Of a stretch of 64,000 bases of DNA, positions 53,380-61,701 are shown in pieces. Each line of letters starts with the position of its first letter. Positions within the stretch are counted from its first letter, which is position 1. A program made the position numbers and the translations under genes. The stretch is from a virus: the IMG/VR virus record IMGVR_UViG_3300032144_000005; one strand, written 5' to 3'. Below the pieces are notes generated by a model. The model made no database searches. It had not been told where the DNA came from and was given only the letters and a program-made list of their open reading frames with translations.

Positions 53380-53799
53380 TCAGTTGTTGTCGGGTTTGGG
53401 CAGCGGCTTGATGTCGCCCGTGCCGTTGGGTTTGCTGTCGGGGATGGTGATGGGTGTGTACTCGTGCAGCTCGGCGCTCCTGATCCAGTCGCGCAGGAGT
53501 CCGAACTTCTGGCCGTTGGAGATCACCTTGATCTCGGGGTCGGTCCAGATGAGCTTCTTCTCCTCGCACCAGACGACGACGGGCCAGCACTCGGGGTGGG
53601 TCTGGAGTTTCGTCGTCACCTTGGCGATGGCCTGCTCTACGGTGAAGTCCTTGTCGGTGAGGCGCAGGCCGAAGTAGTGCGGGTCCATCTCGACGACGCA
53701 CTTGAAGCGCTCGAACATGTCGGCGTTGCGCAGGATCTGGGTGGTCTGCCGGTTGGCGATGAGCACGCCGAGGCTGTACTCGGGTTCGAGGTTGGGCAT
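53380..53799 (-). CDS. Hypothetical protein
   Basis: Packed ORF with strong codon bias. Confidence 0.6.
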   Translation of the reverse strand: MPNLEPEYSLGVLIANRQTTQILRNADMFERFKCVVEMDPHYFGLRLTDKDFTVEQAIAKVTTKLQTHPECWPVVVWCEEKKLIWTDPEIKVISNGQKFGLLRDWIRSAELHEYTPITIPDSKPNGTGDIKPLPKPDNN

Positions 53800-53800
53800 G

Positions 53801-53968
53801 TCAGGATTGGAAGTAGAGATGGACGATGAGGAAGAAGACGGCGGTGAGGATTCCCATCACGATAGGGAATCCGAACTTCTTCGGTGGCCCGTCGGGTTGC
53901 TTGGCGAGGGCGACGAGGAACCCGAAGGCTCCGAGGAGAAGGCAGGTGATGATGTCTTGCGGTGTCAT
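53801..53968 (-). CDS. Small two-TM membrane protein
   Basis: MTPQDIITCLLLGAFGFLVAL...PIVMGILTAVFFLIV. Confidence 0.55.
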   Translation of the reverse strand: MTPQDIITCLLLGAFGFLVALAKQPDGPPKKFGFPIVMGILTAVFFLIVHLYFQS

Positions 53969-53975
53969 GGCTGGG

Positions 53976-54356
53976 TTAGATGAAGGCGATGTTGGCGACG
54001 GCGAGGCCGAAGCGTTCGCCGATCTTGGTGATCTTGGTGCGCCAGTCGGTGGGCGCGTAGTTGTCGTGCATCTGCTGGAGGCTCGACAGCAGGTCGGCGA
54101 TGTCGTCGTCGTGCATGTCGATGCCGCTGTCGAGGAGCGCCTCACGCACGGCGTTGTCGTGCACGTCGTGGCCTTCCAGTCCGGGCGTGTAGAACTGGTC
54201 GGGGATCAGGCAGCCGACGGCGCATTGCAGGCCGTCGTTGCCACGGTAGGCGCAGTGGTTGCTGCTGCTGCCGTCGCCCCGGACCTTGATGGACTGGGCG
54301 TTTTGCTTGAGCAGGTGCGTGGCGACCTGCATGAACACTTCCTGTTTGGTTTTCAT
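53976..54356 (-). CDS. Phage hypothetical protein with conserved-looking Cys motif
   Basis: QEVF.QV.THL.KQ..CAYRG.DG.QCAVGCLIPD..Y..LEG. Confidence 0.7.
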   Translation of the reverse strand: MKTKQEVFMQVATHLLKQNAQSIKVRGDGSSSNHCAYRGNDGLQCAVGCLIPDQFYTPGLEGHDVHDNAVREALLDSGIDMHDDDIADLLSSLQQMHDNYAPTDWRTKITKIGERFGLAVANIAFI

Positions 54357-54658
54357 GGTTCGTTGAGGACGAGGCGGGGTTGCATTTGGAGGGTGGCAAA
54401 TCCGTAGAGCATGTTGGCGAGGTGCCGGACCTCGATCTCGCCTTCCATGATCACGGCGTCCCGCTGGGTGCGGCTGCGCAGCGTGAGGTAGGCGGTCTCG
54501 GCGGACTCGTGCTCCATGCGGACGTGCACGACGAGCTGGTTGCGGGCGCCGGGCGTGTCGTCGTAAGGCAGGTTGAACACGGCCTCGAAGAGGAGGGCGT
54601 TCTCGTCCTCCTCGCGTTCGCCGTGGACCAGCTTGAAGGGTGAGGGGAGTTTGCTCAT
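54353..54658 (-). CDS. Hypothetical protein
   Basis: MSKLPSPF. Confidence 0.55.
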   Translation of the reverse strand: MSKLPSPFKLVHGEREEDENALLFEAVFNLPYDDTPGARNQLVVHVRMEHESAETAYLTLRSRTQRDAVIMEGEIEVRHLANMLYGFATLQMQPRLVLNEP

Positions 54659-54662
54659 GGGA

Positions 54663-54866
54663 TCAGTAGTGGCGGCGGCCATTGGAGAGGGCGAACAGGA
54701 CGGCGAGGAAGCCGATGATCGGAATGAGTATGGCGAAGAAGGCAGCGATCCCCTCCTTGGCGTTGGCCTTCAGCTTGTCGGTCGTCTCCTTGGTCTGGAG
54801 CATGTACCAGTAGCCGCCGAAGAAGACGAAGAGGAATAGGCCGCAGAGGAAGTCATCGAGTTTCAT
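54663..54866 (-). CDS. Small two-TM membrane protein
   Basis: Two hydrophobic helices. Confidence 0.55.
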   Translation of the reverse strand: MKLDDFLCGLFLFVFFGGYWYMLQTKETTDKLKANAKEGIAAFFAILIPIIGFLAVLFALSNGRRHY

Positions 54867-55189
54867 GGTGAGACGGGGATGGAGACTTCGAGGAGGGGGA
54901 GTGCCGCTTGCTCGCGCTCGCGGTTCATGTTGATGAGGAGCCCGCGCAGGCCGGGCTCGTAGTAGCCGGGCTTGGCGACGTGTTCTTCCGCGCGCCGGAT
55001 ATAGCTGAGTGCGGCCAGCGTGTGCGTGTAGTGGTTCATCAGCCGCTGCTTTTCGGACGGCGGCAGGATCTTGGAGCCGGTGGCGAGGCGGACTCGTTCG
55101 CTGGCGTGCTCGCAGTCCAAGCCGGACATGGCGAGCGCCTGTTCCAAGGTGACTTGGATGGGCGAGGTGACTGAGGTTACTGTGTTCAT
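54863..55189 (-). CDS. Hypothetical protein
   Basis: MNTVTSV; ATGA overlap. Confidence 0.55.
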   Translation of the reverse strand: MNTVTSVTSPIQVTLEQALAMSGLDCEHASERVRLATGSKILPPSEKQRLMNHYTHTLAALSYIRRAEEHVAKPGYYEPGLRGLLINMNREREQAALPLLEVSIPVSP

Positions 55190-55416
55190 GGGAGATTGTC
55201 GCCGGGCATGATGACCTTGGGCAGGTTGCGGCCTTGGGCTTTGGTGGCGCAGCAGGTGCACTGGCCGCAGCCGCAGGCGTAGCCGATGGCCATGCGTTCC
55301 TCGGTGGCGTGCGTCATGCGCAGGTAGGTTTCGGGGCGCTCGCTGACCCGCTCGAAGACGATGTAGCGGGCGATGCGGCGGGCGGGTTCGTACTGGATGA
55401 GGTTGGGTGTGCTCAT
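55186..55416 (-). CDS. Hypothetical protein with CGCGQCTCC motif
   Basis: MSTPNLIQY; Cys cluster. Confidence 0.55.
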   Translation of the reverse strand: MSTPNLIQYEPARRIARYIVFERVSERPETYLRMTHATEERMAIGYACGCGQCTCCATKAQGRNLPKVIMPGDNLP

Positions 55417-55547
55417 GGGAAATACTGGTCGAGGAGGCCGAAGAAGCCGGACAGCAGCAGGGCGCCCATGCTGCCGATCAGGGCCATGCACAGGACGTAG
55501 AGGACGGCGTCGATGACGCGGTGCCGGAGTGGGAGTTTGTTTTTCAT
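55413..55547 (-). CDS. Single-TM small protein
   Basis: MKNKLPLRHRVIDAVLYVLCMALIGSMGALLL. Confidence 0.5.
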   Translation of the reverse strand: MKNKLPLRHRVIDAVLYVLCMALIGSMGALLLSGFFGLLDQYFP

Positions 55548-55774
55548 CAGGAAGAGGACGTGCATCGGAAGGAGGCGGGGAAGGTGCGGTGGAGGGCCTG
55601 CATGGTGCGCAGGCGCTCGGGTGTGGACGCGGTGCCGCAGTTGATCTGGAGGCACTGCACGTCGTGCCATGCGCGGCTGGCGGGCAGCCAGTGCAGCCGC
55701 TGGCGGTAGGCGAAGTACGCCTCGCGCAGCAGTCCGCGCTGGGCGAGAGCCTTGATCTGGGAGATGGTGTGCAT
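55547..55774 (-). CDS. Hypothetical protein
   Basis: MHTISQIK; TGATG overlap with the next gene. Confidence 0.5.
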   Translation of the reverse strand: MHTISQIKALAQRGLLREAYFAYRQRLHWLPASRAWHDVQCLQINCGTASTPERLRTMQALHRTFPASFRCTSSS

Positions 55775-55779
55775 GGGGC

Positions 55780-55968
55780 TCAGAGGTTGCCGCCGATAGC
55801 GGCGCAGACGAAGGCGATGGCGATGACACCGAGGGCCAGCATGAGGACGATGGCCACGCCAGCCGCGACGCCATCGCCGATGGTTTTGGCGGCGTGCTTG
55901 ATGCCATCCTTGCCGAGGATGAGGCCGATGATGAGAACGAAGGGTGAGAGGCCGATGATGAGGTCCAT
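55780..55968 (-). CDS. Small two-TM membrane protein
   Basis: MDLIIGLSPFVLIIGLIL...VAIVLMLALGVIAIAF. Confidence 0.6.
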   Translation of the reverse strand: MDLIIGLSPFVLIIGLILGKDGIKHAAKTIGDGVAAGVAIVLMLALGVIAIAFVCAAIGGNL

Positions 55969-55976
55969 GGGAGGGA

Positions 55977-56186
55977 TCAGTTGAAGGTGATGGAGGGCTG
56001 GTCGAGCTGGGCGCGCAGCCGCGCGACGAGATCGGCGGACGCGGGCTGGTGCGGGACACACACCTGCTGCCAGTTGAACTTGGCGTGGGCGAAGCGCTCA
56101 GGGTCGCCGATCTTGAACGCCGAGGCGAGGTCCTCGGAGGCGAGGGCGCGCACGCGCTCCAGCGTGAAGGGGATGAGGGTCTTCAT
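55977..56186 (-). CDS. Hypothetical protein
   Basis: Packed ORF. Confidence 0.55.
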   Translation of the reverse strand: MKTLIPFTLERVRALASEDLASAFKIGDPERFAHAKFNWQQVCVPHQPASADLVARLRAQLDQPSITFN

Positions 56187-56187
56187 G

Positions 56188-56523
56188 TCAGGGCTGGCGG
56201 TAGAGGGTGGTGCCGCGCATGAGGATGGCGTTGAGTCGATTCGAGATGTCGACGACCTCCATCGGGTCCGCGCCCGCCTGCTTCTGCTCGGGCGTGTGCA
56301 CGGGTGCCGTGATGCCGCTGGGTGCGGCGACGATCTCGGGCATGATGATGGGCACGAGCTTGTCGGTGTCGACGGGCGTGAACTTGTGCACGGGCATCTT
56401 CACGTCGCGCGGGCGCTTGGCACCCGTGGTGGCGGTCGACCAAGCCGACACGTCGCCGAAGCGGACTTCTTTCGTGTTGAGCACTTCGTGCTCGGGATAT
56501 TTCCAGCGATGGTTGTGGGCCAT
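56188..56523 (-). CDS. Hypothetical protein, first gene of the early cluster
   Basis: MAHNHRWKY. Confidence 0.55.
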   Translation of the reverse strand: MAHNHRWKYPEHEVLNTKEVRFGDVSAWSTATTGAKRPRDVKMPVHKFTPVDTDKLVPIIMPEIVAAPSGITAPVHTPEQKQAGADPMEVVDISNRLNAILMRGTTLYRQP

Positions 56524-56560
56524 GGGCTCAATGTGGACAGGTGCGGGATTGCACCCGGAC

Positions 56561-56709
56561 ACAACAAAGCCCCGGACCTTGGGAGATCCGGGGCTGGAAT
56601 GATCGCGCGACTAGAAGCCATGTCGTCGCGCTTGGCGCGCGGTTCATCCGTATGAACGCGCGTTCCCCGACGGGCTAGGTCGGGTGAGCAAAGTTAGATA
56701 GCACTTTGC
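56561..56709 (-). ncRNA. Candidate structured ncRNA/leader: five consecutive hairpins ending in a terminator
   Basis: Stems at 56688-56709, 56666-56684, 56636-56662, 56605-56631 and 56568-56595 (followed by TTGTTGT on minus); intergenic. Confidence 0.45.
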
Positions 56710-57115
56710 GGGCTGCGATGCGGTGAATACTCGAAGCTGTCTCCGATTCACTGGCACACGGTTTGGTAAGGCTGTCCGAGAACCTTCTTGCATGGACCCG
56801 CTTGTCTGGGTCCGACGTCAAAATTCTTCACGCGCAAAACTCCTTTTGGGACGTGTTGCGAACGCAAGTTGCCTTCAGCTTTGTCATGCTCCGCGCGACC
56901 TTCATTTCCGTCCCATACAGTCACCGCACTTCGCTTCGCCCAAACAGGACAAAGCTCCGCACGGGAGATATGGTTTTTTACTCGGTTTAATCCACGTCCC
57001 GCTAGGCAGGAATTGCTGTGGCATTATTTGTCGCGCTCGATTTGCGCACACGTCGTTTCAAGTTTTGAACGGAGACCCGCTTTCCGGCGGACTCAAACGG
57101 CACGTTTTTCCCTAT

Positions 57116-57268
57116 GGAGCACAGCTCCGCCTAGCACAGCTAGGACTTGGGCAAACGGGCAGGACACGGCGCAACCTTGCGCCCGAAAACCTGCATCATA
57201 CGGCATCGCCCCCCGTCCGCCTCACAAATCGCACTATGGGACCAGCCCACCGCGCACAGCGCGGACTT
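57116..57268. repeat. Three hairpins sharing a GC-ACA-GC triloop with different stems
   Basis: GGAGC-ACA-GCTCC (57116-57128), CCTAGC-ACA-GCTAGG (57130-57144) and CCGCGC-ACA-GCGCGG (57250-57264); the last two are followed by ACTT. Confidence 0.8.
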
Positions 57269-57330
57269 CGCACGAAACCAAGGGAAAGGACAGGGTGGAA
57301 AAAGACACCGCGAATCAAAGAACAGCGTAG

Positions 57331-57358
57331 GGGAACCCCTCAGAAGAGAGGGGTTCCC
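57331..57358. other. Strong hairpin downstream of the 116-aa gene (terminator-like, weak U-tract)
   Basis: GGGAACCCCTC-AGAAGA-GAGGGGTTCCC, 11-bp stem. Confidence 0.65.
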
Positions 57359-57370
57359 GTGGCGCTGTCC

Positions 57371-57721
57371 TCAGAGGCGCGCGGCAGCGTAGGTGGCCGC
57401 CATCTTCACGCGCTCGGAGTGCGAGAGCGAGACGGCGCCCGACTTGGACACGCTCGCGCCATACGTCTCCGTGACCGCGAGACCGGCGTTGCGCGCAGCG
57501 ATGAAGAAGTGCTTCTTCTGCTTGCGCTCGGAATCCCAGAGGTTCATCGCCTCCTTGTACTCCTCCTTGGTCTCGTAGTCGCCGGACTTGGGCTTGGGTC
57601 CGGTCAGCTCCGCGATTTGGTAAATCGCGTTGCGGATTCCGGCGACGTCCCCGGCGTTAATCGCCTCGATGCCAGAGGCAACGGCGGCTTCGACAGGGGT
57701 CTGGATGGTGGTTGTGGACAT
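57371..57721 (-). CDS. Stand-alone hypothetical protein in the control region
   Basis: MSTTTIQTPV; good codon bias; isolated by hairpins. Confidence 0.7.
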   Translation of the reverse strand: MSTTTIQTPVEAAVASGIEAINAGDVAGIRNAIYQIAELTGPKPKSGDYETKEEYKEAMNLWDSERKQKKHFFIAARNAGLAVTETYGASVSKSGAVSLSHSERVKMAATYAAARL

Positions 57722-58070
57722 GGCATTTGCTGGACTAGTCACCCCCTGAGAGAGGGGGGTCAGAAGCGGTCTGACGGCCTGCCGGAACGTCCGGCATCAT
57801 CAGGCCGTTGCTAGCTTGTGACTTATTCCCCCCTCTAGGGTGGCACCTAAAACCGGGGGGAAAGGACAGCCGGGGGGAGGGGGAAACGCGCAACAGCCTC
57901 GCTGAGAGAGAGATAAGCTGGCTCGCGAAGTTCTGGCCACCGCTGGCGAGGTCTGGACCCGGTTTCCGGGCTCCATTGGGTCTGTCCGGCCCCTATTCTG
58001 GGGTGGCATCTCAAACTGGGGGTGGTTTCCGGCATCTCGTCAAGCCTTCTGGGACGAAACGCGCAACTCT

Positions 58071-58099
58071 AAGGGTATCCTTACCCTTAGCTAAGGGTA
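58071..58099. promoter_or_regulatory. Phased iteron-like array upstream of the replication operon
   Basis: AAGGGTA (58071), TACCCTT (58082) and AAGGGTA (58093) at exact 11-bp spacing. Confidence 0.65.
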
Positions 58100-58203
58100 C
58101 ACGGTACTCTACAGGACAAAGACAAGGAAGAGGATATGGACATTGTATTGGGTGGACCATCTTTTTCCTTGCTTTCGTCTTAGTCCTCGTCTTGCTCTTG
58201 GGT

Positions 58204-58419
58204 ATGGACAGACCACTTATCGAGGATGGGGTGCCGCCCCCGCCTGTTCGGGTGACCAAGCGGCGACTGACGGATGCACACCGGGCCATTGGGCCGGGCC
58301 AGTCCATCCTGTGTGAGCCGAAGACGGCCCTGTGCCTGATGGCGTGGGGGAGAAGCAAGGGCTTCAAGATGCAGCAGCGTCAGGAGGGGGACGCCCTTCG
58401 CGTCTGGAGGCTGACGTGA
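58204..58419 (+). CDS. Small putative DNA-binding protein
   Basis: IGPGQSI..GRSKGFK..RQEG..LRVWRL pattern seen in small phage DNA-binding proteins. Confidence 0.55.
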   Translation: MDRPLIEDGVPPPPVRVTKRRLTDAHRAIGPGQSILCEPKTALCLMAWGRSKGFKMQQRQEGDALRVWRLT

Positions 58420-58772
58420 GCACCTATTTCGAGAAGCTGCAGGACCCGCGTTGGCAGAAGAAGCGGTTGGAGGTGTTCAAGCGGGACAACTTCACCTGCC
58501 GGGACTGCGGCAACGCCGAGTCCACCCTGCACGTCCACCACTGCGCCTACTGCGGGAACCCTTGGGAGGCGCCGCTCTCGGTGCTGCTGACCCTGTGCGC
58601 CGAGTGCCACGAGTTCCGTCAGGTGGTCGAGAACGAAGCCCACGTCCTTCTGGGGACGCTGATGGCCAAGCGCAGCGCGATGGGGAATCTCCAAAGCCCG
58701 CTCGCTGATTTCGTCTATCTGGAACTCCTGCCTGCCGCTGCGGGCAAGCGCGCGGCGGAGGTGCCGTCATGA
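58416..58772 (+). CDS. HNH endonuclease-like protein
   Basis: KLQDPRWQKKRLE..RD.FTC..CG..TLHVHH..PWE..L.TLC..CH; GTGA overlap. Confidence 0.85.
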   Translation: MSTYFEKLQDPRWQKKRLEVFKRDNFTCRDCGNAESTLHVHHCAYCGNPWEAPLSVLLTLCAECHEFRQVVENEAHVLLGTLMAKRSAMGNLQSPLADFVYLELLPAAAGKRAAEVPS

Positions 58773-59476
58773 AGCGCTTCACCGAGGCCAACAAGTGGCG
58801 GGACGCATGGTTCCGACAGCTTCCGCCGCCCGTGAAACTGGCGTTCCTGTACCTCGTGGACAACTGCGACTCGTCCGGGGTGTGGGACAACGACTTTGGG
58901 ATGGCTGACTTCAGCATCGGGCAGAAGATCGACTGGGAGTTGGTGCTGCGGGAGTTGGGTGGTCGCGTGCAGGTGATGCCCAACGGCAAGTGGTGGCTCA
59001 CCCGCTTCTGCGAGTTCCAGTACGGCGTGCTGTCCGTCGAGTGCCGCCCGCACGTCGGGATCATCAAGGTCGCACAGGCCAACGGGCTCAAGGTCGAGAA
59101 CGGTATCGTTACCCTTGGGCTACCCTTGGCCAACGGTAACGCCCACCCTATCGCCATCCCTACGCTGCCTGTCCGCGCCCGCAAGGTGGTGGCCGCCGCG
59201 ACCCCCGAGGAAGAGACGGTGTACGCCGCCTATCCGCACAAGATCGCCCGCGCTGACGCCGTGAAGGCCATCCGCAAGGCCCTCCCGGTCGCCGGGTACG
59301 AGCGGCTCCTTGAGCGCACCAAGGCTTTCGCCGCCGCCGTCGCGCTGTGGCCCGAGCACGACAAGAAATACATCCCTCACCCCGCGACGTGGTACAACGG
59401 CGGCAGGTACGACGACGACCCCGCGACATGGGTCAAAGGCCGCCCCCAACTCCAAATCGACTACTCCAAAATCTGA
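58769..59476 (+). CDS. Replication initiator/replisome organiser
   Basis: N-terminal KRFT..KW.D.WFR.L..KL.FLYL.DNCD..G.W wHTH-like; C-terminal YPHKI....A..YIPHPATWYNGGRYDD; precedes a DnaC-like ATPase. Confidence 0.8.
   Translation: MKRFTEANKWRDAWFRQLPPPVKLAFLYLVDNCDSSGVWDNDFGMADFSIGQKIDWELVLRELGGRVQVMPNGKWWLTRFCEFQYGVLSVECRPHVGIIKVAQANGLKVENGIVTLGLPLANGNAHPIAIPTLPVRARKVVAAATPEEETVYAAYPHKIARADAVKAIRKALPVAGYERLLERTKAFAAAVALWPEHDKKYIPHPATWYNGGRYDDDPATWVKGRPQLQIDYSKI
59099..59138. promoter_or_regulatory. Iteron array inside the initiator gene (candidate ori)
   Basis: AACGGTA (59099), TACCCTT (59110), TACCCTT (59121) and AACGGTA (59132) at 11-bp spacing; 17/20 identity with 58071-58090. Confidence 0.65.
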
Positions 59477-60255
59477 TGGCCTCCCAAATCCAGTTCATCC
59501 CGATGGGTCCGCTCATGGCGGACATGACCTTGAACCAGCTCTCCGACCTCACCGACCCCAAAGCCCACCCCGAACTGCAGGAGTGGATCAAGTTCGAGTG
59601 CCGCTTCTGTGGCCGCGAGATGGAAGCCACCCGGCTCGCCCAAGCCTTCGGCACCTGCTGCGACTCCTGCCGCGAGGCCCGCGAGACCAAGGAAAAACGC
59701 GAGCTGTGCGGCGCCGCGTGGCAGGACATCTGCCCGGCCTCCTACCGCGACCGCGACATGAAGGACCCGCGCTTCCCGGCTGCCGCATGGGACAAGGTCA
59801 AGCTGTGGTCCCGCCAGAAGAGCCTCTTCCTCCTTGGCCCGTCCGGCGTCGGCAAAACGTGGGTGGCCCTCGAAACCCTCAAACGCTGCCTGTGGAAGGG
59901 CCTGTCGGTCGGCGTCGTGTGGCCCGAACAGATGGAAGCCGTCAAGTTCAGCCGCGACCCGATGCGCTTCATCACCGACAACAACCAGTACGTCCTCATG
60001 CTCGACGACTGCGTCATGGCCGCCGCCCGCTCGGAAGCGTCACTCGACGCCCTGCGCAACCTGATCGACGTCCGCATGAGGAACCGGATGCCCTTCATCA
60101 TCACCTCCCAAGTCGGCGGCGCGGCCCTTGAGGAACACATCGACAAGTACGACCGGGGGACCGGCGTCGACCGCGCCAAGCTCGAAGCCCTGCTCCGCCG
60201 CCTCCGCCAAGAGTGCGAGGTCGTAGAATTTCAACCCCAACCCGTGACCCCATGA
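59476..60255 (+). CDS. DnaC/IstB-like AAA+ helicase loader
   Basis: CRFC..CCDSC Zn motif, Walker A GPSGVGKT, Walker B LMLDD, IITSQ and RL.Q.CEVV; TGATG overlap. Confidence 0.85.
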   Translation: MASQIQFIPMGPLMADMTLNQLSDLTDPKAHPELQEWIKFECRFCGREMEATRLAQAFGTCCDSCREARETKEKRELCGAAWQDICPASYRDRDMKDPRFPAAAWDKVKLWSRQKSLFLLGPSGVGKTWVALETLKRCLWKGLSVGVVWPEQMEAVKFSRDPMRFITDNNQYVLMLDDCVMAAARSEASLDALRNLIDVRMRNRMPFIITSQVGGAALEEHIDKYDRGTGVDRAKLEALLRRLRQECEVVEFQPQPVTP

Positions 60256-60434
60256 AAACCCCCGACCCCACCTCCCTCGTCAGCCCCAAGATGGAGCGCC
60301 TGATCCACCTCGCCGCCACCGTGCGGCTGCCCGCCAACGCCGCCAAGGCCGTCCTCAACTCGTGGCTCGACGAAAAAGCCCGCTACCTCGACGACCTTGC
60401 CGTCGGCCACTTCCCCCGGAGGACCCGCGCATGA
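60252..60434 (+). CDS. Hypothetical protein
   Basis: MKTPDPTS; overlap-coupled. Confidence 0.5.
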   Translation: MKTPDPTSLVSPKMERLIHLAATVRLPANAAKAVLNSWLDEKARYLDDLAVGHFPRRTRA

Positions 60435-61174
60435 CCACCACCCCGAGAACCGACGCCGAGGAACAGCTCTGCGTACGCGACGGCATGCAGGTCTTCGCCG
60501 TCCGCTCCCACTTCGCCCGCAAACTCGAAGAGGAACTCGACGAGGCCAAGCGCCTCTTCGCCGCCGAACGCTTCAACTACATCGAGCAGCGCAAGGACCT
60601 CGTCCACCTCCAGAAAAACTACCACGAACTCGGCGAGGCCATCGTCGGCGAGGGCGTCTTCGTCGGCCACCCGCTGCCCTACGCCGCCGCGAAGCAACTC
60701 CACGAACTGCTCAAGGAATCCGAGGCCGGGAACGTCCAGTACCGCGCGAAGATCGACAAACTCGAAGCCGACATCGCCGACCTGCACGCCGAGCGCGAGA
60801 ACTGGCGCGTGTCCAGCGTGTGCCGCGAACTGCAGCACAGCATCGAACTGCTGCGCGACGACCTGATCACGCAGGCCAAGGAACTCGAAGAAGCCAAGCG
60901 CGAGAGGGACTGCGCCATCGCCTCCGAGGAAGCCATGGCCGTTACCTTCAACGAGGGCTGCGCGAAGATGGCCGACCTCGAACGCTGGAAAACCGAACAG
61001 CTCGCCGTCGAGGCGCAGTGGGATGCGCAGAAGGTCGGTGCCCTCCTCGGCGTGCCCCTTGGCGCCGACATCCGCCCGCAGATCGAGCCCCGCGTGCAGG
61101 AACTGCTGAACGAAATCCACGACAACTACATCCTGATCGACCAACTGCGGGCCGCGCTCGCGAACTACCAATGA
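60431..61174 (+). CDS. Coiled-coil protein (TPRTDA start, Ead/Ea22-like position)
   Basis: MTTTPRTDA followed by long heptad coils. Confidence 0.6.
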   Translation: MTTTPRTDAEEQLCVRDGMQVFAVRSHFARKLEEELDEAKRLFAAERFNYIEQRKDLVHLQKNYHELGEAIVGEGVFVGHPLPYAAAKQLHELLKESEAGNVQYRAKIDKLEADIADLHAERENWRVSSVCRELQHSIELLRDDLITQAKELEEAKRERDCAIASEEAMAVTFNEGCAKMADLERWKTEQLAVEAQWDAQKVGALLGVPLGADIRPQIEPRVQELLNEIHDNYILIDQLRAALANYQ

Positions 61175-61425
61175 CAACCCACGCCCCTTGGTTCCGCTGC
61201 CGCTTCCAAACGGACGCGAATGATCCGCGTCCGGTAAAATTCCCGCCGCCCGGTCCGTGGTGGCACTCCGGCAGTGGCGACGATTTCGCCGTCGTCATCG
61301 CCTACCTGAAGACCGAGAAGCAGATCAAGGAATACTGGCCCGATGCCACGCACATCGACGTCTTCCCGGTCGACGAGATCGTGTACACCGACCGCTTCCC
61401 GAAGCCCGACTGGTACAAGCCATGA
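61171..61425 (+). CDS. Phage hypothetical protein
   Basis: D.RPV.FP..PWW.SG..AY..EYWP.A..TDRFPKP.W. Confidence 0.65.
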   Translation: MTTHAPWFRCRFQTDANDPRPVKFPPPGPWWHSGSGDDFAVVIAYLKTEKQIKEYWPDATHIDVFPVDEIVYTDRFPKPDWYKP

Positions 61426-61688
61426 AACCCAAGTGTTCTGTCCGCGTGCAGGTCAACAAGAAGTGGCGCAACTGCCCGCAGCCCGTCGCCCTCACCATCG
61501 ACCTCAAGGGCCAGCCCACCCCCCTGTGCATGCGCTGCGCCCACAACGTCCGCGACGGCAGCTACGGCTCCGACATGCGACTCCAGATCCTCCGCCAATG
61601 GCCCATCCTTGACCAGCCAGAGGCCCCACGAATGATCAAACTGCCCCGGTACGGCATCGAGTACCCCTTTCAAACCGGAACGCTATAA
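61422..61688 (+). CDS. Hypothetical protein with Cys motif
   Basis: MKPKC..NC..LCMRCAH; ATGA overlap. Confidence 0.55.
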   Translation: MKPKCSVRVQVNKKWRNCPQPVALTIDLKGQPTPLCMRCAHNVRDGSYGSDMRLQILRQWPILDQPEAPRMIKLPRYGIEYPFQTGTL

Positions 61689-61701
61689 ATCAATTCCCAC
61701 C

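Noticed and set aside
56535-56560. tRNA or cobalamin-riboswitch-like GGGTGCAATCCCG T-loop element
   Set aside because: No acceptor, D or anticodon arms and no B12 box can be built around it.
57808-58203. N-terminal extension of the first plus-strand gene including a TM-like stretch
   Set aside because: It overlaps the iteron array and control repeats; the hydrophobicity comes from a T-rich tract; the ATG at 58204 is more plausible.
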